DNA from: a virus
Taxonomy: Duplodnaviria; Caudoviricetes
Direction: 5' to 3' (one strand)
IMG/VR virus record: IMGVR_UViG_3300025000_001274
Coordinates: 1 to 54,522 of that record
DNA: 54,522 nt
Shown here: positions 1 through 7,983 of the stretch, in pieces
Numbering within the stretch: the first letter of the stretch is position 1
How the letters are laid out: every line of letters begins with the position of its first letter
Position numbers and translations under genes: made by a program
Notes under the pieces: generated by a model
The model's database searches: none
Seen by the model: the letters and a program-made list of their open reading frames with translations, nothing else
What the model was told of the DNA's origin: nothing

Positions 1-2
1 CA

Positions 3-422
3 ATGGCAAAAGAATTAAAGTATTTTCATGGGGCAGAGCATAAGGTTATTAACTGTTATGAAAATGGAGAAGATGTAAAAATTGAAAATGTAATAAAACA
101 TTCTACTTTACATCCAAGATGCGGAACGTCTTTTATTGGTCTATTGGTATTAAAAAAATTACTGATCTTTAATGTGATATTCTTTTTTATAGTAGCTCCT
201 GTATGGGTAAAGACCTTTGCGATAATTTTCTTATTTAGTTTGACATATGAAGTATTTCGTTTAATGAATAGGAAAGATATTAAAATTTTAAGTCCAATTA
301 AAAGATTTGGATTATGGATGCAATCTTTTACTACAGCAGAACCAACAGATGAACAACTTGAGGTTGCTATAGTTTCATTTAATTTATTATTAAATAATAG
401 AAAAGGAGGTTTTAATGTTTAA
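3..422 (+). CDS. DUF1385/YqhQ-like membrane protein, C-terminal part (probably 5'-truncated by window)
   Basis: HGAEHKVINCYE, HPRCGTSF and GLWMQSFTTAEPTDEQLEVAI motifs typical of DUF1385. Confidence 0.8.
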   Translation: MAKELKYFHGAEHKVINCYENGEDVKIENVIKHSTLHPRCGTSFIGLLVLKKLLIFNVIFFFIVAPVWVKTFAIIFLFSLTYEVFRLMNRKDIKILSPIKRFGLWMQSFTTAEPTDEQLEVAIVSFNLLLNNRKGGFNV

Positions 423-540
423 AATTAAAAATTATTGGATTGCCAAGAAATATTGAAAGTTTGTACTGGTGGATGGGTATTACATTTGTAGATATTGTTA
501 TTGCCCCATCCTGTATTTTATGAAGAGGAGGAAAAATAAA

Positions 541-805
541 ATGAGATAAATCTACCAATGTGATTTCTGCTCAATGTTACTCCCAAAAGAAGAAATGGAA
601 ATTCATGAAAAAGTATGTGATTATAATATAAAAAAATAAAACTTGTTTGACTTGTAAAAATGCTAGAATGAGAGATGGCAGGTTACAATATTGTAGGGTT
701 GGAGAGCAAATGAATGTGCAACATGGGTTTATTATTAGGACTTATCCGGTAGTTGGTTGTGACAAGTGGGAATTTGGGATTCCGAATGATATGAGAGGTG
801 TTTGA
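541..805 (+). pseudogene. Disrupted small Cys-rich (Zn-finger-like) ORF
   Basis: Strong RBS GAGGAGG then ATG AGA TAA (stop at codon 3); frame continues YQCDFC..HEKVC and, after a frameshift in the A-run near 630-636, KTCLTCK..GCDKWE to TGA 803-805. Confidence 0.6.
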
Positions 806-946
806 GGTGGTTTGGTTGATTTGATGTTTAATTGATGGAAGGGGGTGATTAGAATGTAGAAATAAATATAATTAGTTAGGTATAGGACAAAATGAAATTG
901 TCTATACTAATCACAAGGGAATAAACAATTAAGGAGTGATTAGTAT

Positions 947-1348
947 ATGCAAGTAGTAAATAAAGTTCAACAGCAACAACAATTAATTAGAGGTGGAATT
1001 TATCTTGCTAGTATACCAGGAGGCGTTGGATCAGAGCAAACTATGATTAATCGTCCAGTTGTAATATTGCAAAATAATATGGGAAATAAATTTTCTCCAA
1101 CAGTTACAATATGTCCTTTGACTTCACAACAAGGGAAAAGGTGGTTACCGACCCACGTAAAACTTTTTAAAACAAAATGCCTTGCTACTCTTAGTATTGC
1201 TCTTGCAGAACAAATAACCACGATTTCAAAGGAAAGATTAACACGATTTATCGGAGTAGTTGAAAAATCTGAAATGTTTGCTATCGAGGATGCTTTACTT
1301 ATACAAATGGGGATTACGCCAAGAAATAATTATGTTTATGCAAATTAA
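947..1348 (+). CDS. mazF: MazF/PemK (EndoA/NdoA-like) endoribonuclease, no adjacent antitoxin
   Basis: RGGIY..GSEQ..RPVVILQNNMGNKFSP..PLTS..LPTHV..AEQITTISKERL; catalytic Arg/Thr positions present; RBS AAGGAGTGA. Confidence 0.9.
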   Translation: MQVVNKVQQQQQLIRGGIYLASIPGGVGSEQTMINRPVVILQNNMGNKFSPTVTICPLTSQQGKRWLPTHVKLFKTKCLATLSIALAEQITTISKERLTRFIGVVEKSEMFAIEDALLIQMGITPRNNYVYAN

Positions 1349-1380
1349 AAGGAGAGATAATTATTGACAAAAAAATAAAT

Positions 1381-2960
1381 ATGACAACAGATCAATATAA
1401 ATTGGAATTAGACGAGATTAATTTAATTAATAATACTAATATAATACTAAAGGAAGGAATAGAATATATAAACAGAAAAACAAAACTATTGCACATATGT
1501 TCTTGCGGAAAGGACTGGTTAGTTAATCCTCGTTCAGTATTATCTGGTTCAAGAAAATGTGGATTATGTTATACTTTTGCAGAATGCGGTATTGATAATT
1601 TTGGTGAGGAGTTTCTTGAAGAATATTGGGACTATAAAACAAATGACGAACTAGGAATTGATCCTTGGAAAATTAGTTATAAGTCAGATAAAAAAGTTTA
1701 TATATTTTGTAAAAAAGTAGATTATCATGGTAGTTATCCAATTTCATGTATTAATTTCACGAGTGGTCACAGGTGTATTTATTGTGGCAACAGGAAAGTT
1801 CATTCAAAAGATAGTTTTGGGCAATTCTTGATAGATTCATTTGATTTAACCACTTTAGAAACATATTGGGATTATAACAATAATATAGTTGACCCTTTTA
1901 AAATTGCAACGCACTCTGAAAAGAAAGTATTTATAAAATGTCAAATAAAAGATTATCATAGTAGTTACCCAGTTATGTGTTCACATTTTGTGGTGGGAAA
2001 TAAATGTCCGTACTGTAATGGTAAAAAGTACATATTTTAGACAGTTTAGGAACGCTACATCCTGAAACATTAAAAACGTGGTCAAACATAAATAAGAAAT
2101 CACCATACGAATATACTCCAAATAGTAACAAAGAGGTTTGGTGGAGATGCGAAAAAGGTAAACATGATGATTATCCTCGTTGTATAGGAACTTCTAAGAA
2201 ATATGGATTTCGATGTCCTGAATGTTCAAAAGAAAGTTTAGAATCCATAATGTCTACAACACTAAAACAAACTTTAAAACATGAATATCCAGATACTTTA
2301 TGGGAATTTGATGCAGGTTTTAAAACAGAGAACAATTATACTAGTAGATATGATATATATGTTATATTTTTAAATTTATTAATTGAATGCCAGAGTGTGT
2401 ATCACGATGATGATATAATGAAAGCAAGGGATAAACTAAAGAAGCAATTTGCAATTGATAATAATTATAATTATATGGAATTAGATAGTAGAGATTATAC
2501 TCCATTAGAAGCAATACAAATATTTTTCCCACACATAACGGAAATTCCAGATTACATAGAATTTGATAAAAACACATTAAAAGACTGGAATACTAAAGAT
2601 GCACAAAGATTACTAGATGAAGGGTTTACATATATAGAAGTAGCTAACGCAATAGGAGCAACATATAATGCAATTTGTCATGCTATTTCAAGAAGAATAT
2701 TAATAAAACCTGAGACCTACATTAGACAAGGAATTCCCATTGTTTGTCTAACAAAAGATAATAATTTTATAAAAATATATGATACAAGTAATGTTGCAGC
2801 TAAAGAATTAGGTAAAAGCAATGGATCAAGTATTAGTTCTTGTTTAACTAAAACTCCTGATAAAAAAGGAAAAGTTAAAGAAACAGCCTTTGGGTTCAAA
2901 TGGATGTATTTAGTAGATTATGAGAATATGATTAAAGATCAAAATAATAAACCTCCGTAG
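1381..2960 (+). pseudogene. Zinc-ribbon repeat (DUF4379-like) + DUF559/Vsr-like nuclease + NUMOD1 putative homing endonuclease, split by a 1-nt frameshift
   Basis: ORFs 1381-2040 and 2250-2960 join if one A is added to GTAAAAAGTA at 2021-2030 (GKK|VHILDSLGTLHPE..VWWRCEKGKH..CPEC, in frame with ATG 2250); YDIY..LIECQS..H nuclease motif; C-terminal TAFGFKWMY. Confidence 0.75.
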
Positions 2961-3030
2961 AATACATAATTATTAATAAATACATAGACTAAAAATAAAT
3001 TATAATAATAAAGGAGAGATAAAATAATAA

Positions 3031-3735
3031 ATGGATATAATTACATCACTATCAAAAGGAACAATAAATTTTATCAATAAACATGATTTAATAGATAAAA
3101 CCTTTACTCAAGAAGATTATATATACATAGCGAATTTAATTAAAAAATATAGACCCAAAAAAGAACCAATTAAAATAACATCAGATCATGTTAAACAATT
3201 AGCTGAAAATGGAGCAATGATATTCTATGGTGAATTGTTTAAATACTTAATTGTATTATCTATTGCTTGGTGTTTAAATATCTTGATTCCTACTTTCTTC
3301 ATAATAAATACTTTTTCAGCACTCAGAGGACTGGCCGGAGGAGTACATATGAGCACATTTAATAAGTGCTTTGCAGTGATGATTGGGTGTTTCTTATCAT
3401 TAGGTTATATAGTTAGTTCAATACATAATACACTATTTATTACAGGAATTTTTACTATAGGGGCAATATGGAGTATATACATAGCACTTAAATATGCACC
3501 TCAAGAGCGTCCAGATAAAACTGACAAGGATTGTGATAATGGAAATAAAATGAAGTATAGAACAGTTATGTTTATTATTGTGAGTTTTATAATTAGCATG
3601 ATATTAATATTGTTTACTCAAAAATACATAATTGGCATTAGTATATTTGCGGGCGTTTTACTTGAGATGATTACAATCACTCCTTGGGGAACAAAATTCT
3701 TTCAATTGATTGACGGTAAGAAGGTGTCTAAATGA
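3031..3735 (+). CDS. agrB: AgrB-family autoinducing-peptide processing membrane protease
   Basis: LRGLAGGVHMSTFNKC (conserved R-x-x-x-GG-x-H...C catalytic motif), YAP motif, multiple TM helices. Confidence 0.88.
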   Translation: MDIITSLSKGTINFINKHDLIDKTFTQEDYIYIANLIKKYRPKKEPIKITSDHVKQLAENGAMIFYGELFKYLIVLSIAWCLNILIPTFFIINTFSALRGLAGGVHMSTFNKCFAVMIGCFLSLGYIVSSIHNTLFITGIFTIGAIWSIYIALKYAPQERPDKTDKDCDNGNKMKYRTVMFIIVSFIISMILILFTQKYIIGISIFAGVLLEMITITPWGTKFFQLIDGKKVSK

Positions 3736-4370
3736 CGGAGACAGTAATTGCAACGTTCTTATTTGCATGGTTATTCAAAGGATATAAATGGTCTGAGATA
3801 TTTAAGTTGTTTAAACATTGGAGTATATACCCGATAGTATTGACTTGTTTTGCTCACATTTATTTTGTGTATTCAATAATTCATAACCAATATTGGTTTC
3901 TTGAATATACTTATTATATAAAGACTACTTCTTTCCTATTCTATTTTATACTTATTTGGAAATATAAATTGCTCGATGTCTCAATATTTAAAGGAGTAAA
4001 TATTGAAAAAAATAAACCATTGTTAATATGGGTAACATCACCTGTTGTCATAGGTGCATTATGCACAGTGATAGGTTCAAAATTAAATCAAATAGCTATG
4101 TTTTATAATAATAATAAAATGCCTGTATTTTTTTCAAGTGCTTGGACCACAGGATATGCAAAAGTAGATATATTTACCAACGCATCAAAGTATGGAGATT
4201 TTCATGTTATAGGAGATATGTATACAAAATTGATACCACTTTGTGACACATGGGATATCGGGTTCATGGTATTATCACCTGGCGATCTATTATGTAGAGG
4301 TTTTGTATTTATGACTTTATATTACTCAATAAAACAATTAAGAGAGAAATGCTGGTTACATAATATATAA
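3732..4370 (+). CDS. DUF5317-like membrane protein, translationally coupled to agrB
   Basis: GSKLNQIAMFYNNNKMPV..H..TKLIPLCD..LSPGDLL matches the DUF5317 pattern (N..N.G.MPV, H, L.D, S.GD); ATGA overlap with agrB stop. Confidence 0.7.
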   Translation: MTETVIATFLFAWLFKGYKWSEIFKLFKHWSIYPIVLTCFAHIYFVYSIIHNQYWFLEYTYYIKTTSFLFYFILIWKYKLLDVSIFKGVNIEKNKPLLIWVTSPVVIGALCTVIGSKLNQIAMFYNNNKMPVFFSSAWTTGYAKVDIFTNASKYGDFHVIGDMYTKLIPLCDTWDIGFMVLSPGDLLCRGFVFMTLYYSIKQLREKCWLHNI

Positions 4371-4377
4371 ATAATAT

Positions 4378-4406
4378 TTGACAATCTCCCCAATATAGTA
4401 TATACT
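4378..4406 (+). promoter_or_regulatory. SigA-type promoter for membrane protein + agrD
   Basis: TTGACA-N17-TATACT. Confidence 0.8.
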
Positions 4407-4439
4407 TAGTATAATAAAGAAAAAATTGGGAGGAAAAAT

Positions 4440-5231
4440 ATGTTCAATTTAATAAATAGTTTTTTGAACTGCATATGTATAACCATTCCAGAATTTAGTT
4501 TTTTAATAATTATTACTTTATTAATGATGGGCAGAAAAGAAATGTTAGATATATACAATATAAAAAACAATTTTATTTCAATAATGAAAATAATTATTCC
4601 ATCATCAATTATATTAGATATTTTAAATTTTATTAATATACTACCTGTTGTTTTAAATAAGTTATCATCATTTTGTTGCTTATATGTATTAATGGTAATT
4701 GTATTAAATTCTGAAAATCATTCATATGTTGAATACCCAAAATTAAAACAAAAGGCATTTGGATTTTTAATGTTAGGGATTTTGATTTCTATAGTTATTG
4801 ATATGATAACTTCTCCAATAATATTCAAATTGGCAGATAAATCATATGAGGAAATAAAAACGAATATATTGTTATTAATAATATGTTCGTTATCATCAAG
4901 GATAATTAATATAATTATATTATTATATATAATTATTAATAAAAACAATAGATTTCAATTTAACTTAATCAACTATATATTTAATAATAAGTTTTTTACA
5001 AGATTAACAACAAGTACAATAATTGGGTTGGTGCTGTTTGAATTATATTTTATAAAATTAATAACTATTAATAACTTGTTGAATATAATACATACAACAT
5101 ATGAACAGTTTTTTATTATTATAGGTATTACATTCTTAATACCATCATTGATAATTTCAATAGTTTATTTATGTATAAATTATTGTGTTATTATAATAAA
5201 TAGTGAGAAGCAGACTATCAGAAATGATTGA
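4440..5231 (+). CDS. Polytopic membrane protein, candidate peptide receptor (AgrC sensor-like, no kinase domain)
   Basis: About 7 hydrophobic segments, no H-box/HATPase; directly upstream of agrD; paralogous to 6464-7285. Confidence 0.65.
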   Translation: MFNLINSFLNCICITIPEFSFLIIITLLMMGRKEMLDIYNIKNNFISIMKIIIPSSIILDILNFINILPVVLNKLSSFCCLYVLMVIVLNSENHSYVEYPKLKQKAFGFLMLGILISIVIDMITSPIIFKLADKSYEEIKTNILLLIICSLSSRIINIIILLYIIINKNNRFQFNLINYIFNNKFFTRLTTSTIIGLVLFELYFIKLITINNLLNIIHTTYEQFFIIIGITFLIPSLIISIVYLCINYCVIIINSEKQTIRND

Positions 5232-5270
5232 TCTGATTTTTCAAATCCAAATAAGAAGGAGGTGAAAATA

Positions 5271-5375
5271 ATGAAAAAAGTAATTCTTTGTTTAGCAGTA
5301 GTATCGGTAATTGTGGCAGTAGTTTCTTCCGCTTTTTTATGGAATCAACCAGTAACCCCTAATTGTGTAGCTTAG
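5271..5375 (+). CDS. agrD: AgrD-like cyclic (thio)lactone autoinducer propeptide, 34 aa (not in ORF track)
   Basis: RBS AAGGAGGTGA; MKKVILCLAVVSVIVAVVSSAFLWNQPVTPNCVA*: hydrophobic leader, S-A-F-L-W core, then N-Q-P-x-x-P as in clostridial AgrD. Confidence 0.85.
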   Translation: MKKVILCLAVVSVIVAVVSSAFLWNQPVTPNCVA

Positions 5376-5395
5376 TCTATACATACCCATGATAT

Positions 5396-5426
5396 AAGGA
5401 GAGAGTATTTATTACTCTCTCCTTTT
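5396..5426 (+). terminator. Intrinsic terminator after agrD
   Basis: AAGGAGAGAGTA / TACTCTCTCCTT perfect 12-bp stem followed by T residues. Confidence 0.75.
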
Positions 5427-5454
5427 AAATTATAAAATAATTTTTATAATACTA

Positions 5455-5484
5455 TTGACATATTATTCACTGTTGTAGTATACT
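5455..5484 (+). promoter_or_regulatory. SigA-type promoter for HTH-MazF
   Basis: TTGACA-N18-TATACT. Confidence 0.65.
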
Positions 5485-5536
5485 TATATAAAGTAAGAGA
5501 TTACGAAATATTATATTTATAAATTATGAAGGGTGG

Positions 5537-6337
5537 ATGATTAATATGTTAGGATTTAGAAAGAAAAATGAAACCATCAAATCAAATGAGGTGAAAGATT
5601 TTAAGAAACTCGCAAACTTGGTCAAGATAGCCGTTGGCAGTAATACTATTTCAGAATTTGCAAATAGATGTGGTATTCCAAATTCAGCTAAAAGTATTGC
5701 TATGATTACTCAAGAAAAAATAACTACATACCCAGAAGTCGGTTTGCTTAAAAAGATTGCTTTGGGTTCTGAATTTCGTGTATCTTTTAATGATTTAAGA
5801 ATTGCATGTGGTTATGATTTAAATGATACAGGGATTGATCTTAGAAGTGTAAAAGCTATGAGGGGTTGGATTGCCTTATGTAATTACGGAAACGTTTTAG
5901 ACTCAGAACAGGGAGGTACTCGGCCATCGCTGATAATTTCCAACAATTTAGGAAATGAAAGAGGCACTATTTTAATGGCAATTCCCCTTTCATCTAGATT
6001 GGGCAAAAATAATATGCCCACTCACGTAAGGATCGGCCAAGAATCTGGATTATCTCAAGAATCGGAAATTTTAGTTGAGCAGATGCGAGTTGTGTCAAAA
6101 AGTCGGTTAATGATCGATGGTTTTATCCAACCAATTTGTGAAGTTTCTTCTGAGATAATGAGAAAGGTAGAAACCGCAATCATGATAGAAACTGGCATGG
6201 TACACACTAAAGCTAAAGAATCTACCGTAAGCAGATTTTTAGATAAGCTCAATGAATATGTAAATAAAGAAGAGGAAAGTCGTATTCGCCACCTTCAAAG
6301 TAGTAATCGTGGATTAATACTACAAACTGGGAAGTAA
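5537..6337 (+). CDS. N-terminal HTH-like domain fused to MazF/PemK domain
   Basis: N-term TISEFANRCGI..PEVGLLKKIA..DLRIACGY (XRE-like); C-term SEQGGTRPSLIISNNLGN..PLSS..MPTHV..VEQMRVVSKSRL. Confidence 0.8.
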   Translation: MINMLGFRKKNETIKSNEVKDFKKLANLVKIAVGSNTISEFANRCGIPNSAKSIAMITQEKITTYPEVGLLKKIALGSEFRVSFNDLRIACGYDLNDTGIDLRSVKAMRGWIALCNYGNVLDSEQGGTRPSLIISNNLGNERGTILMAIPLSSRLGKNNMPTHVRIGQESGLSQESEILVEQMRVVSKSRLMIDGFIQPICEVSSEIMRKVETAIMIETGMVHTKAKESTVSRFLDKLNEYVNKEEESRIRHLQSSNRGLILQTGK

Positions 6338-6358
6338 TATCATTATTATGAAAATAAA

Positions 6359-6424
6359 ATAGATGGTCATTATATCATATATTATTAACTAATCTTTATC
6401 ATCCTTATTATAATGACCATCTAT
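6359..6424. repeat. Perfect 16-bp inverted repeat with 34-nt spacer
   Basis: ATAGATGGTCATTATA (6359-6374) and TATAATGACCATCTAT (6409-6424). Confidence 0.9.
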
Positions 6425-6463
6425 ATACCAACAAATAAAATCTAAAGAAAGAAGGCCACGCCC

Positions 6464-7285
6464 ATGCAGACACTACAAACACTATCCCTACCCCATATCC
6501 TCCTAAACATAATCTTCACATCAATACCAGAAGAAGCATTCATAGCAATAATTACTCTAATCTTCCTAAAACTAAATAACCTCCTAGACATTTACATGTG
6601 GAATAAAAGTCAAAAATGGATTACTCTAGCTGTACTTCCTGTATCCATAATGATAAATATCCTAAAATACATAATAATTGTACCTCAGCAAAATATGATG
6701 ATTTCAACTATGATTATTATGATAATGCTTATGGAATACATAGTTATAAACAACAGTTACGATATAACTCCATCATTAATACTCAAAACAGTAATCTACA
6801 CAATCGCAGGATTTGTTATTGTAGGAATAGTAGAATATTCGTATTGCCCCTTAGTTGCTTCATTACTAGATAGGCCAATGGAATTTTTCAATGCTAATGT
6901 TTTCTATAATTTTCTATTAGGTCTTCCTGCCAGAGTATTATATTTATGTGTCATATCATTTGTTATAATAAGAAGGAATAGTACAGTTCATGTTGATTTG
7001 TTTAACTCCATAGTTAAAAACAAGTTCTTTATATATGGTTTTATTTTAATGATATTAGTTAGAATTTCTTTAGTTTCTTATGTTGTAAAATTAATAGAAA
7101 GAAACAATATTTTAATTTACATACAATTTGTAGAGAAATTATATATTATCATTGGGATAATTTGTATTCCAATAATTTTCATAACTTTATTGCTGATGTT
7201 TGTTAACAATCTATTGTGTAAAGAACAGATTAAATTGCAAGTATATGAGAATATGATTAATTCAAATGGAATTAATGGTTATTAA
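6464..7285 (+). CDS. Second polytopic membrane protein, paralog of 4440-5231
   Basis: Shared motifs LN..F.SIPEEAF..IITL vs LNCICITIPEFSF..IITL and VDLFNSIVKNKFF vs FNLINYIFNNKFF; no kinase domain. Confidence 0.65.
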   Translation: MQTLQTLSLPHILLNIIFTSIPEEAFIAIITLIFLKLNNLLDIYMWNKSQKWITLAVLPVSIMINILKYIIIVPQQNMMISTMIIMIMLMEYIVINNSYDITPSLILKTVIYTIAGFVIVGIVEYSYCPLVASLLDRPMEFFNANVFYNFLLGLPARVLYLCVISFVIIRRNSTVHVDLFNSIVKNKFFIYGFILMILVRISLVSYVVKLIERNNILIYIQFVEKLYIIIGIICIPIIFITLLLMFVNNLLCKEQIKLQVYENMINSNGINGY

Positions 7286-7503
7286 TATAATGGTAATTTA
7301 ATATTTTAGACAAATAATTAGACAATAATCAAAAACAGACGAACAATTTAGAATAAAATGTCGAACATATGTACTATTTTTGTTATGATAGTTGTTGAAT
7401 AGTGGTTTTCTCAGTGATACAATATTATAAAGGAGGTATTAAGAGAATTAAAATACAATTTGTATTAATTTCCATAAAATAAAATTAAAGGAGAAGTGAA
7501 TAT

Positions 7504-7902
7504 ATGGAAAATTGTAAAAAAGAAGAAAACGAACAATCAATTTGGGTTATTAAAGATCAAAATGGTAATTTTTCTAATAGATCAAGTATAGGTAAATCTA
7601 GTAATAAAAAATGGCAATACATAGCATTTAAAACATTTTCTCAAGAAGCAACGGGGTATACGACCAAAGAATATGCTGAGAAAGCATTGGATTTCTTAAA
7701 CGAAAAGAAAGCAATTGCCGGATTTGATTTTTCCTTTCATATAGAATGTCTTAATTTAGAAAAAATAATTGATGAACATGTGGTATTCCAAGGTGATAAT
7801 TTGGTTAGACATGAGAAAGAATTATTATTAAATCATTGTAGAACGGTAAAAACTCGAATGTGTCCATGCTCCCAAAACCTTGTTTCTTCTGGTGTGATCT
7901 AA
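7504..7902 (+). CDS. Hypothetical protein
   Basis: ORF with RBS AAGGAG. Confidence 0.6.
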   Translation: MENCKKEENEQSIWVIKDQNGNFSNRSSIGKSSNKKWQYIAFKTFSQEATGYTTKEYAEKALDFLNEKKAIAGFDFSFHIECLNLEKIIDEHVVFQGDNLVRHEKELLLNHCRTVKTRMCPCSQNLVSSGVI

Positions 7903-7923
7903 TAGTTTAACATTTGAAGCATG

Positions 7924-7961
7924 ACAAACTGCTCTGAGTTTATGCCCTGAGCAGTTTGTTT
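7924..7961 (+). terminator. Hairpin, probable terminator
   Basis: ACAAACTGCTC / GAGCAGTTTGT 11-bp stem followed by TT. Confidence 0.6.
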
Positions 7962-7983
7962 ATAAAAATAGGAGGAAGAGTGA

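Noticed and set aside
4440-7285. AgrC histidine kinase / complete agrBDCA operon
   Set aside because: No H-box, HATPase or LytTR response regulator in the window.
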